A stretch of 64,000 bases of DNA from Clostridia bacterium (GCA_017500855.1 JAFVYC010000003.1:2144-66143), one strand, 5' to 3'; shown: positions 24,544-32,987, counted from the stretch's first letter. A program made the numbers and translations. The notes: generated by a model from the letters alone, not told the origin.

Positions 24544-24574
24544 AAGGCGTTTCCGTTTGGAAGCGCCTTTTTTT
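24544..24574 (+). terminator. intrinsic terminator of gene 23687-24538
   Basis: AAGGCGTTTCC-GTTT-GGAAGCGCCTT (11 bp including one G-U pair) followed by T7. Confidence 0.75.
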
Positions 24575-24592
24575 GCACCACGTACCTTGTTG

Positions 24593-24632
24593 CAAATTCC
24601 ACCAAACGTGTGGTCGGAACACTTTGGTCGGC
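24593..24632 (+). repeat. repeat unit CAAATTCCACCAAACGTGTGGTCGG-AACACTTTGGTCGG (copy 2 of 3)
   Basis: See 23575-23614. Here it sits directly after TTTTTTGCACCACGTACCTTG (24569-24589), which also occurs at 23184-23204. Confidence 0.7.
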
Positions 24633-24820
24633 ACTTTCAACAAAACTCCAAAAAGTTCGGGCGTGTACCGAACCTTTTTGCCCTCACGGGGGATGCTGGG
24701 GTATGTGGCTCCCCAGCTATGTCAAATTAAAATAAGGGTTGCGGAGTAACCCTTCCTTGGAAGTCCGACTTTGGTGGGCAAAAATTTGCTAGCACAAAGC
24801 AACGCAGTTGCGACTGCTTG

Positions 24821-24845
24821 CAAATTCCACCAAACGCTTGGTCGG
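24821..24845 (+). repeat. repeat unit CAAATTCCACCAAACGCTTGGTCGG (copy 3 of 3, short form)
   Basis: 25/25 identical to 23575-23599. Confidence 0.7.
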
Positions 24846-24908
24846 AGCAAAAAAAATGCATACTTTCCCCCACTTTTGGCAAAACTAGGCAAAAAAGGAG
24901 ATTTCCCC

Positions 24909-25562
24909 ATGCGAAAAATTGCCGAAAAAATTGCCGTTGTTGCGCAAACGTGCATTGCGCTTGTGTTTGTGGCAACAACATTGTTGCAAAACCTTGCCGT
25001 GCAACAAATTGCCATCACTTCCGTTGCCATTTGGGTGCTTGCCATTGTGTGGGTGGCATGCACGCTGTACGTTGTGTGGTGCAACTTTTCCACCAAGCAA
25101 TCACTCAAAAAAATTCTTGTGGCAAGCAGTTGCAACAGCGCCACCACCACAAACCACCGTGTTGTGGGCAAAACAATTGCCAAGTGCGCCCAACTTGTGC
25201 AGGGCGTAAAGTTGAAAAAGTACCAACTTTCCACCGACGAAAAGCACGGATTTGTGCTGAACCTTGCCATCAACTACCACGGCAAGGACGTTGCCTTTGC
25301 CACGGAAAAACTGCGTTGCTTGCTTGTGGATGCCTTTGCCAGCACGCTTGGAGTGGCATTCAACACCATCACTTTTGAAATTTGCAAGTTTTCCACAACC
25401 TACACGCCCAACGTGGAGCAAGCGAACCACACTGCCGAGCAACTTGCCCAAGATGCCGAGCAAACTGCCCAACAAAGCCAATGCAACACCTGCACGGCGG
25501 AAGAAAAAACCGACCCCCTGCCCCCAACCGACACACCACAGCCCACGTCCGAAACGGACTGA
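24909..25562 (+). CDS. membrane-anchored protein, tentatively Asp23/Gls24-like, with an acidic/Pro-rich tail
   Basis: AAGGAG SD 8 nt before ATG 24909. Two N-terminal TM helices. The core VVGKTIAKCAQLVQGVKL...GFVLNLAINYHGKDVAFATEKLRCLLVDAFASTLGVAFNTITFEI follows the Asp23 pattern; the family call is by eye only. Confidence 0.5.
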   Translation: MRKIAEKIAVVAQTCIALVFVATTLLQNLAVQQIAITSVAIWVLAIVWVACTLYVVWCNFSTKQSLKKILVASSCNSATTTNHRVVGKTIAKCAQLVQGVKLKKYQLSTDEKHGFVLNLAINYHGKDVAFATEKLRCLLVDAFASTLGVAFNTITFEICKFSTTYTPNVEQANHTAEQLAQDAEQTAQQSQCNTCTAEEKTDPLPPTDTPQPTSETD

Positions 25563-25565
25563 ACG

Positions 25566-25976
25566 CCCACCCCGTGTGCGTGTTTTTGCAATGGCAACCA
25601 ATTGCGCCCTTGCCACCACTTTGCCCCACAACTGCAAGCCAAAAAGTGCGTTTTTGCCACCACGGGGTGGCTTTTTGATTGCAATTTGCCAAAACACCCC
25701 ACCCGCACGCTTTTGCCAATGCGTTGAAATTTGCCCACAAAACACAAAAATCGCACCACGGGGTGCCACTTTTCCACACCGGCGCAAAACAAACTGCCAT
25801 GGGTGCAAACAATTCCCCACCACCGTGAACCAAAACGTTGGCCACGGGTGTTTGCCACAAGCAACCATCTACAAAACTACAAAAACAGCACCACGGGGTG
25901 GCATTTTGCAAAACAAACGATAGCAATTCCGTTGGCAAAACACCTTGTTGCAACGCAAATTTTGCACCACGGGTGC
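25566..25976. repeat. intergenic array of GC-hairpin repeat copies (clean copies 25656-25671, 25753-25766, 25888-25902, 25964-25976; degenerate copies elsewhere)
   Basis: GCCACCACGGGGTGGC, GCACCACGGGGTGC, GCACCACGGGGTGGC and GCACCACGGGTGC sit in a 620-nt gene-free gap with irregular ~75-135 nt spacing. Confidence 0.75.
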
Positions 25977-26117
25977 CGTGTTTTGAACACTTGTGCTTGC
26001 TATGCGTTTCCTTGTGGGCTACAAGCAAACTTTGCAACGCTTCCACACCAACCAACCTTGTTGCCACTTGCCAACAAAAACAAAACACAAAATGTGGGCT
26101 CTTTTGCAAATTTGCTG

Positions 26118-26146
26118 TTTACACTTTGCAAAAAATGTGGTACAAT
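26118..26146 (+). promoter_or_regulatory. sigma-A-type promoter (extended -10) of the GH2-tadA unit
   Basis: TTTACA (26118-26123), 17 nt ending in TGG, then TACAAT (26141-26146). Confidence 0.5.
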
Positions 26147-26184
26147 TGTTGGTAGAACACAACTCACATTGGAGGCGACACAAA

Positions 26185-27927
26185 ATGGCACTTCAACAAC
26201 TCAAAACAACTTGGGGCGAGAACGTTGGCGACATGCCCTTGCAAGAATACCCACGCCCACAGTTTCAACGCAAAAGTTACTTGAATCTCAACGGTTGGTG
26301 GGATTGCACTTTTAGCAAAAACCAACAGTTGCCCAAGCACTACGACACAAAAATTCTTGTGCCATTTTCCCCAGAGACGACTTTGTCCGGGGTGGGCAGG
26401 CAATTGCAACCGGACGAATTCCTGTTCTACCGCAGAACAATTTCCTTGGCAAAAAGTTTCAACAAAGGATTGGTTTTGCTCAACTTTGGCGCAGTAGACA
26501 GCATTTGCGACGTGTTTGTCAACGGAGTGCATTGTTGCCACCACGAAGGGGGCTACAACGCATTTTCTACCGACATCACCAAGGCCCTTTCCAACACGAT
26601 GCAAAACGAAATTGTTGTGCGTGTTGCCGACTACTCCGACACAAAGCACTACACCAACGGCAAGCAAGCCTTGAAGCGTGGCGGAATGTGGTACACGGCT
26701 CAAAGCGGAATTTGGCAAACGGTGTGGATGGAAAGCGTGCCCACCGAGTACATTGCTAGCGCACGCATCACGCCGGACATTGACCTTGGCCAAGTGACCA
26801 TTGAACTGGACTGCAACTTCAAAGACAACGTTACCGTTACCGTGTTGGACGGCGACAAGGAAGTTGCCAAAGCCGACGGCAAGGACAAAATTGTTGTGAA
26901 GATGCCCGGCGACTTCAAACTGTGGAGCCCGGAACACCCGCATTTGTACAATTTGTTGCTTGTTTCCCGCAGGGACATGGTACAAAGTTACTTTGGAATG
27001 CGCAAGTTTGGCGTGGAAACCGTTGGCAAGTACAAGCGACTGATGCTCAACAACCAACCCTACTTCCACAACGGATTGCTAGACCAAGGCTACTGGAGCG
27101 ACGGTTTGTACACGGCGCCAAGCGACCAAGCGCTGGTGTTCGACATTCAAACAATGAAAGACCTTGGCTTCAACATGCTTCGCAAGCACATCAAGGTTGA
27201 GCCAATGCGTTGGTACTACCATTGCGACAGGCTGGGAATGCTTGTGTGGCAAGACATGCCAAGCGGTGGCACCTACCAACACAAAATGTCCACTTTGTAC
27301 ATTCCGCACGTGTTCATGTGCATGCGCAAAATGAAAGACAGCAACTACAAGCGTTTTTCCCGCCAAAGCGAACAAAGCAGGGACATGTTCCACACCGAGT
27401 ACGTGGAAATGCTAGACCAACTGTACAACTGCACTTGCATTGCAATGTGGGTTCCGTTCAACGAAAGTTGGGGGCAGTTCGATGCAAAGCAAATTGCCCA
27501 ATTCACCAAGGAGTACGACCCAACAAGAACGGTAGACCACGCAAGTGGTTGGCACGACCAAGGCGGTGGCGACTGCAACAGCATGCACGTTTACTACCGC
27601 AAAATGCGCACCAAGCGTGACAAAAAGCGTGCCGTGGTGCTTTCGGAATTTGGTGGCTACTGCTTGAAAGATGCCGAACACAGTTTCAATCCAGACAAAA
27701 CCTACGGCTACAAACTGTTGGAAAGCAAGGAGCAATTTGGCCAAGAACTTGCAAAACTGTTCCAACGTGACGTGGAAAAACAAATTGCCAAGGGGCTGTG
27801 CGCATCGGTGTACACACAAGTTTCCGACGTGGAAGACGAAGTCAACGGTTTGCTTACTTTCGACCGAAAAGTTCTCAAAGTAGATGCCGACACAATGCGT
27901 GCCATCAACAAAAAGGTAAAACTATGA
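26185..27927 (+). CDS. glycoside hydrolase family 2 (beta-galactosidase/glucuronidase-type)
   Basis: GGAGG SD 9 nt before ATG 26185 (MALQQLKTTWGENVGDMPLQEYPRPQF). GH2-like blocks: FNMLRKHIKVEP, CIAMWVPFNESWG (acid/base NE). Confidence 0.8.
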   Translation: MALQQLKTTWGENVGDMPLQEYPRPQFQRKSYLNLNGWWDCTFSKNQQLPKHYDTKILVPFSPETTLSGVGRQLQPDEFLFYRRTISLAKSFNKGLVLLNFGAVDSICDVFVNGVHCCHHEGGYNAFSTDITKALSNTMQNEIVVRVADYSDTKHYTNGKQALKRGGMWYTAQSGIWQTVWMESVPTEYIASARITPDIDLGQVTIELDCNFKDNVTVTVLDGDKEVAKADGKDKIVVKMPGDFKLWSPEHPHLYNLLLVSRRDMVQSYFGMRKFGVETVGKYKRLMLNNQPYFHNGLLDQGYWSDGLYTAPSDQALVFDIQTMKDLGFNMLRKHIKVEPMRWYYHCDRLGMLVWQDMPSGGTYQHKMSTLYIPHVFMCMRKMKDSNYKRFSRQSEQSRDMFHTEYVEMLDQLYNCTCIAMWVPFNESWGQFDAKQIAQFTKEYDPTRTVDHASGWHDQGGGDCNSMHVYYRKMRTKRDKKRAVVLSEFGGYCLKDAEHSFNPDKTYGYKLLESKEQFGQELAKLFQRDVEKQIAKGLCASVYTQVSDVEDEVNGLLTFDRKVLKVDADTMRAINKKVKL

Positions 27928-28370
27928 CAGAAAACAAATTTATGCAAAAGGCGTTGATGCAGGCGCAAGTTTCGCTACGGCAGGACGAAGTGCCAATTGG
28001 CGCTGTGGTTGTCAAAAATGGAAAGGTTATTGCACGTGCGCACAACACACGCAACAAAAGCAAAAACGCCGTGGAACACGCCGAACTGGTTGCCATACAG
28101 CGTGCATGCAAAAAACTTGGCGATTGGCGTCTTGTTGGGTGCGACTTGTACGTCACGCTTGAACCGTGCGTGATGTGCCTTGGCGCTTGCTACAACGCAC
28201 GCATTTCCAACGTTTACTTTGGCGCTTACGATTTGAGTGGGGCAGGGTGCGTTGCCCTTTCGGAAATGATTGGCAGAACGCTCAACCACGAACTGCAACT
28301 GTGTGGTGGCGTGATGGAAAAGCAATGCTCGGAATTACTGACAAACTACTTCAAAAGCAAACGAAACTAG
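27924..28370 (+). CDS. tadA: tRNA-specific adenosine deaminase
   Basis: ATGA overlap with the GH2 stop. CDA motifs: HAELVAIQ and LEPCVMCLGAC. Confidence 0.9.
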   Translation: MTENKFMQKALMQAQVSLRQDEVPIGAVVVKNGKVIARAHNTRNKSKNAVEHAELVAIQRACKKLGDWRLVGCDLYVTLEPCVMCLGACYNARISNVYFGAYDLSGAGCVALSEMIGRTLNHELQLCGGVMEKQCSELLTNYFKSKRN

Positions 28371-28387
28371 AACTTTTCAACAGCAAG

Positions 28388-28420
28388 GCAAAAGAAAACA
28401 CAATTTTCTTTTGCTTTTTT
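28388..28420 (+). terminator. intrinsic terminator after tadA
   Basis: GCAAAAGAAAA-CACAA-TTTTCTTTTGC followed by T6. Confidence 0.75.
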
Positions 28421-28432
28421 GCTTTGTTACAG

Positions 28433-28461
28433 TTGACAACACGCTTGCAAATGGCTATACT
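28433..28461 (+). promoter_or_regulatory. near-consensus sigma-A promoter of the ABC-importer leader
   Basis: TTGACA (28433-28438), 17 nt, TATACT (28456-28461). Confidence 0.65.
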
Positions 28462-28494
28462 AGTGCCATTACAAAACAAAAAGGGCTACATTTC

Positions 28495-28554
28495 ATGACA
28501 AAACGCTTTTTCGCAGTTGCATACTACTTTTACTACTACTTTACAAACAAGTAA
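28495..28554 (+). CDS. candidate 19-aa Tyr/Phe-rich leader peptide (attenuation sensor)
   Basis: AAGGG (28481-28485) lies 9 nt before the ATG. My translation: MTKRFFAVAYYFYYYFTNK, stop TAA 28552-28554. It sits between a strong promoter and an intrinsic terminator, upstream of an aromatic-amino-acid-family ABC importer. Confidence 0.5.
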   Translation: MTKRFFAVAYYFYYYFTNK

Positions 28555-28616
28555 CAGTAGCGATTGCCGATGGGAAAAAGTAGATTGTAGTTCAACACGA
28601 TTTTTTGCAGTTACTT

Positions 28617-28647
28617 AACTCTTTCGAGCAATCGAAAGAGTTTTTTG
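28617..28647 (+). terminator. intrinsic terminator inside the 5' leader of the ABC operon (attenuator)
   Basis: AACTCTTTCGA-GCAA-TCGAAAGAGTT followed by T6; 52 nt upstream of ATG 28700. Confidence 0.8.
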
Positions 28648-28699
28648 TTTTGCTTGGACGTTTTTGCTTTGTACAAACACCCGAAGGGAGGAGAAGAAA

Positions 28700-29683
28700 A
28701 TGAAAAAGACACTTATTGCGTTGGCACTTGTTGTTGTGATGACACTTGGCTGTTTGGTTGCTTGCACACCCACCGTCACCATTGACCCCAACAAACCACA
28801 CTACGTTGTTGGTATTTGCCAACTGATTCAGCACCCTGCGTTGGACAGCGCAACACAAGGTTTCAAGGACGGCTTGACACAAGCGCTTGAAGCAGAAGGA
28901 CGCACCGTTGAGTTCGACGAAAAAAATGCGCAAGGCGATCCAGACACTTGCGGAACAATTGTCAACACGTTTGTGGCAAAGGGCGTTGACCTTATTCTTG
29001 CAAACGCAACGGCAAGTTTGACTTCGGCAGTCAGCGCAACACGCAACATCCCCATTTTGGGAACTTCCATCACCGACTACGCATCGGCGTTGAACATTTC
29101 CAACTGGAACGGCGTTGTTGGTGGCAACGTTAGCGGAACAAGCGACCTTGCACCACTGGACAAGCAAGCGGAAATGATTACCGAACTGTTCCCCAATGCC
29201 AAAAAAGTTGGTTTGCTGTACTGCTCGGCAGAAGCAAACAGTTTGTACCAAGTGACGGAAATTACAAAGTTCCTTCAACAACAAGGCGTTGAAACAAATA
29301 AATTTGCCTTTGTGGACACAAGCGACCTGCCCGCAGTTACAACTGCAGCATGCGCTTGGAGTGACGTTATCTACGTGCCAACGGACAACATCGTTGCAAA
29401 CAACACTTCCATCATCGACAGCATTTGCCAAGGCGCAAACACACCCGTTGTTGCCGGCGAAGAAGGCATTTGCACAGGCTGTGGCGTGGCAACACTTTCC
29501 ATCAACTACTACCAACTTGGCGTTATCACAGGGCAAATGGCTGCAAAAGTTTTGCTTGGCAAGCAAGACATTTCCACTTTGGCAATTGCTACCGACAGCA
29601 ACCCAACGTTCAAATTTGTTGCAAGTCGTTGCGAAAAGTACGGCATTGAAGTACCTTCCAACTACGTGGCAATTGAAGAATAA
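28700..29683 (+). CDS. ABC importer substrate-binding lipoprotein, ABC_sub_bind (COG2984) family, 'putative Trp/Tyr transport system'
   Basis: GGGAGGAG SD. MKKTLIALALVVVMTLGCLVAC is a lipobox. Family blocks: VVGICQLIQHPALDSATQGF, NAQGD, NVSGTSDL, VGLLYCSAEANS, IYVPTDN, LSINYYQLG. Confidence 0.85.
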   Translation: MKKTLIALALVVVMTLGCLVACTPTVTIDPNKPHYVVGICQLIQHPALDSATQGFKDGLTQALEAEGRTVEFDEKNAQGDPDTCGTIVNTFVAKGVDLILANATASLTSAVSATRNIPILGTSITDYASALNISNWNGVVGGNVSGTSDLAPLDKQAEMITELFPNAKKVGLLYCSAEANSLYQVTEITKFLQQQGVETNKFAFVDTSDLPAVTTAACAWSDVIYVPTDNIVANNTSIIDSICQGANTPVVAGEEGICTGCGVATLSINYYQLGVITGQMAAKVLLGKQDISTLAIATDSNPTFKFVASRCEKYGIEVPSNYVAIEE

Positions 29684-29710
29684 CAGCATTTCTACAATAG
29701 AGAGGTTTGT

Positions 29711-30607
29711 ATGATCTACTTGAACGCCCTTCCCGGAACAATTGGACAAGCGTTGATTTGGGGCATCATGGCGATAGGTTTGTTTATTTCCTACAAAATT
29801 TTGGACTTTGCCGACTTGACGGTTGACGGCTCGTTGGTGACGGGCGCAGGCACTTGCGCCGTGCTACTTGCAAACAACGTGCACGTTGCCATTGCAATTT
29901 TGGTGGCTATGCTTGCAGGCATGCTTTGTGGGCTTGCAACTGCGCTTTTGCACACCAAAATGGGCATTCCACCCATCATGAGCGGTATTTTGACACAACT
30001 TGCGTTGTGGTCGGTAAACTTGAAAATAATGGGCAAAGCCACCATTTCGTTGGTGGGCAAGCAATTGCTTGTTGCCAGAGCCGACATTGCAACTTCCATC
30101 ATCATTTTGGTGGTGTTTGTTGGCGTTGTGATTGGCGCTTTGTACTGGTTTTTTGGCACCAAACTTGGTTGCGCAATTCGTGCAACGGGTTGCAACGAGG
30201 ACATGGCCCGTGCGCAAGGCGTAAACACCAACACAACCAAAATTTTGGCGCTTGTTATTTCCAACGGACTTGTGGCGCTTTCCGGTGCGCTGTTGTGCCA
30301 GTACAACGGCTCGGCAGACATCAACATGGGGCGTGGCGCAATTGTTATTGGGCTTGCAGCGGTTATTATTGGAAACGTGATTGTTTCCAAAATAAGCAGT
30401 AACTTTGCCGTTCAGTTGATTGGCGCAATTGTTGGTTCCATTGTGTACTACCTTGTGTACCAACTTGTTATTTGCTTGGAGTGGGACACCGACTTGCTCA
30501 AACTGCTTTCCGCAGTGCTTGTGGCTGTGTTCCTTGCCGTTCCACATTTCAAACAAAAGTTTGCAAAACCGCACATCGTGCTTGACGGAGGTGAAAACAA
30601 TGCTTGA
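29711..30607 (+). CDS. ABC importer permease (COG4120 type)
   Basis: Polytopic membrane protein in an operon with the SBP and ATPase; family-typical blocks LTVDGSLVTGAG and RATGCNEDMARAQGVN. Confidence 0.85.
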   Translation: MIYLNALPGTIGQALIWGIMAIGLFISYKILDFADLTVDGSLVTGAGTCAVLLANNVHVAIAILVAMLAGMLCGLATALLHTKMGIPPIMSGILTQLALWSVNLKIMGKATISLVGKQLLVARADIATSIIILVVFVGVVIGALYWFFGTKLGCAIRATGCNEDMARAQGVNTNTTKILALVISNGLVALSGALLCQYNGSADINMGRGAIVIGLAAVIIGNVIVSKISSNFAVQLIGAIVGSIVYYLVYQLVICLEWDTDLLKLLSAVLVAVFLAVPHFKQKFAKPHIVLDGGENNA

Positions 30608-31385
30608 CGTACAAAATTTGCTAAAAGTTTTCCACCCCAACACCGTAAACCAAAAAGTTGCGTTGAACGGCATCAGCCTGCACCTTGACGAAGGGGATTT
30701 TGTCACCGTTATTGGTGGCAACGGCGCAGGAAAAAGTACCTTGCTCAACTGCATTGCAGGCGTGTTTGGCATTGAAGGCGGAAGCATTCTTATCGACGGC
30801 GTGGACGTGACAAAAATGCCTGAGCACAAACGTGCCAAGTTTGTTTCTAGAGTGTTCCAAGACCCAATGAAGGGCACTGCTGCCAGCATGAACTTGGAAG
30901 ACAACCTTGCGCTTGCAAGCCAACGTGGCAAAATTCACGGTCTCAAATGGAACGTTTCCAAGAAGGACAAGGCGCACTTTGCACAACTTGTTGAGTCGCT
31001 TGGTTTGGGCTTGGAAAGCCGAATGGGCACCAAAGTTGCGCTGTTGAGTGGCGGTCAACGCCAAGCGCTGACGTTGCTGATGGCAACGATGAACAAGCCA
31101 AAACTGTTGTTGTTGGACGAACACACGGCTGCGCTCGACCCCAAAACTGCCGAAAAGGTGCTTTCGCTGACACGTGACATCACTGCGCAAAACAACCAAA
31201 CGACGGTGATGATAACGCACAACATGAAGGACGCCATTGAAATGGGCAACAAACTGATCATGATGAACGAAGGTCGCATCATCTACACTGCAAGTGGCGA
31301 AGAAAAACGCAACCTCACCGTAGACGACTTGTTGGCAAAGTTCCGAGAAATTGGCCAACAAAACGACAGAATTTTGCTTAGCTAA
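30600..31385 (+). CDS. ABC importer ATP-binding protein (COG1101 type)
   Basis: ATG 30600 overlaps the permease end. Walker A GGNGAGKST, signature LSGGQRQ, Walker B LLLLDEHTAALD. Confidence 0.9.
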   Translation: MLDVQNLLKVFHPNTVNQKVALNGISLHLDEGDFVTVIGGNGAGKSTLLNCIAGVFGIEGGSILIDGVDVTKMPEHKRAKFVSRVFQDPMKGTAASMNLEDNLALASQRGKIHGLKWNVSKKDKAHFAQLVESLGLGLESRMGTKVALLSGGQRQALTLLMATMNKPKLLLLDEHTAALDPKTAEKVLSLTRDITAQNNQTTVMITHNMKDAIEMGNKLIMMNEGRIIYTASGEEKRNLTVDDLLAKFREIGQQNDRILLS

Positions 31386-31418
31386 CACACAAAAATTTGA
31401 CGGTCGGCGCACAAAGCG

Positions 31419-31447
31419 TTGACCGTTTTGCTTGTTAGTGGTACAAT
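31419..31447 (+). promoter_or_regulatory. sigma-A-type promoter (extended -10) of nagA
   Basis: TTGACC (31419-31424), 17 nt ending in TGG, then TACAAT (31442-31447). Confidence 0.5.
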
Positions 31448-31477
31448 GAAGAAAAACAAACGCAAAGCGAGGTTACC

Positions 31478-32575
31478 ATGATTCTGTACAAAAACGGACT
31501 TGTGCTTTTGGGCAAAAAACTTGTCAACACAAGCATTGTTGCCAACCGTGGCAAAATTGTTGAAATTGCGCCGGACATTGTTGCCGACAGCCAAACGGAA
31601 GTTGTTGACTGCACGGGCAAATTCATTTTGCCTGCATTCGTGGATTTGCACGTTCACGGGGGAGGGGGGTACGATTTCAACACTGCCAACCTTGAACAAA
31701 TGGGCAAAATTGTTGAGTTCCACGCCAACCACGGTGTGGGCACTTTGTTCCCAACGCTTGTTGCCGACAGCGACGAAAACCTCTCGAGGCAACTGCAACT
31801 GATAGCCGAACTTGCCAAGGAGTACCCTGAAATCAAGGGCATCAACTTGGAAGGCCCGTTCCTGAGCAAACAAAAGTGTGGAGCAATTGCGCCACAATTT
31901 TTGCAAAACCCAAGCATGGAAAAATTCTTGCACTACCAACAATGCGCAAAGGGAATGATCAAAATTGTGACCGTTGCGCCCGAACTGCCCAACGCCATCA
32001 GTTTGACGGAAGAACTTTCGGCAAACGGCGTGATTGTTTCGCTGGGGCACAGCAATGCGCCTGCAAGCGTTGTGGAAAAGGCGTTGGAAGCCGGTGCAAA
32101 ATGCTTCACACATTGGGGCAACGCAATGAGCCAAATTGACCGACTGGACGTTGGCGTGATGGGTAGCGCACTTGTAGACGACGGTTGTTTTGTGGAAGTC
32201 ATTTGCGACGGACACCACGTTTCCAAACAAGCCGTGCAGTTGCTTGTCAAAACAAAAGGCGCAAACAAAGTTGTGGGCATTTCCGACAGCATCATGGCAA
32301 CGGGGCTTGCCGACGGCAACTACAAATTGGCTGGTCAAGACGTGGTTGTTCAAGGCGGACAAGCATTTTTGACAGACGGCAAAACTCGTGCGGGAAGCAC
32401 CTTGACACTTGACGTTGCGTTGGCAAATTTGGTGACTTTTTGCAAACTTCCACTTGCCGAAGCCATTGCAATGCTCACCACCGCCCCTGCAAAACTTGTT
32501 GGACTTTCCCACCGAATTGGCACGATAGAAATTGGCAAGGATGCCGACTTCACCATTATGGGTGGCATGGCGTAG
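31478..32575 (+). CDS. nagA: N-acetylglucosamine-6-phosphate deacetylase
   Basis: Amidohydrolase metal motif FVDLHVHGGGGYDF, plus VSLGHSNA and FTHWGNAMS blocks typical of NagA. Confidence 0.88.
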   Translation: MILYKNGLVLLGKKLVNTSIVANRGKIVEIAPDIVADSQTEVVDCTGKFILPAFVDLHVHGGGGYDFNTANLEQMGKIVEFHANHGVGTLFPTLVADSDENLSRQLQLIAELAKEYPEIKGINLEGPFLSKQKCGAIAPQFLQNPSMEKFLHYQQCAKGMIKIVTVAPELPNAISLTEELSANGVIVSLGHSNAPASVVEKALEAGAKCFTHWGNAMSQIDRLDVGVMGSALVDDGCFVEVICDGHHVSKQAVQLLVKTKGANKVVGISDSIMATGLADGNYKLAGQDVVVQGGQAFLTDGKTRAGSTLTLDVALANLVTFCKLPLAEAIAMLTTAPAKLVGLSHRIGTIEIGKDADFTIMGGMA

Positions 32576-32617
32576 ACCTTTGCAAAAACTGTTCACCATT
32601 TTGTTTTGGAAAAACAC

Positions 32618-32646
32618 TTGACTATTTTTAAGTTACAATATATAAT
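32618..32646 (+). promoter_or_regulatory. sigma-A-type promoter of rpmE
   Basis: TTGACT (32618-32623), 17 nt, TATAAT (32641-32646). Confidence 0.6.
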
Positions 32647-32701
32647 GTTTAGGTGCGCAAGGGGATGCCCTTGTAGAATATCAAAAGCGAGGTAAGCGAA
32701 A

Positions 32702-32908
32702 ATGAAACAAGGTATACATCCGAATTATCATGAAGCGACTGTTGTATGTGCTTGTGGCGCTACATTCACCACAGGAACAACAAAGGACACTAACACAATC
32801 AAAGTTGAAATTTGCAACAAATGCCACCCCTACTTCACAGGCAAACAAAAGCTTGTTGATGCTGGCGGACGTGTTGACAAGTTCAAGAAGCGTTACGGTC
32901 TTAAGTAA
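32702..32908 (+). CDS. rpmE: 50S ribosomal protein L31 (Cys-containing type A)
   Basis: [27 protein letters not shown]...[13 protein letters not shown]. Confidence 0.95.
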   Translation: MKQGIHPNYHEATVVCACGATFTTGTTKDTNTIKVEICNKCHPYFTGKQKLVDAGGRVDKFKKRYGLK

Positions 32909-32925
32909 TATACCACAGATACTTC

Positions 32926-32961
32926 AAAACTCCGAACAAGTTTCGGAGTTTTCTTTTTTTT
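32926..32961 (+). terminator. intrinsic terminator of rpmE
   Basis: AAAACTCCGAA-CAAG-TTTCGGAGTTTT followed by a T-run. Confidence 0.8.
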
Positions 32962-32987
32962 GACTAGACTATATTTCCGCAACAAAG

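Noticed and set aside
28462-28650. T-box or known riboswitch in the leader of the Trp/Tyr-family ABC operon.
   Set aside because: There is no T-box sequence (no AGGGTGGTACCGCG-like motif), the leader is too short for a T-box, and I recognise no riboswitch core. The aromatic-rich mini-ORF explanation fits better, though I could not run Rfam.
31446-31481. Mini-ORF MKKNKRKARLP just upstream of nagA.
   Set aside because: Its ATG overlaps the -10 box (TACAATG), so it would lie at or before the transcription start. It has no SD.
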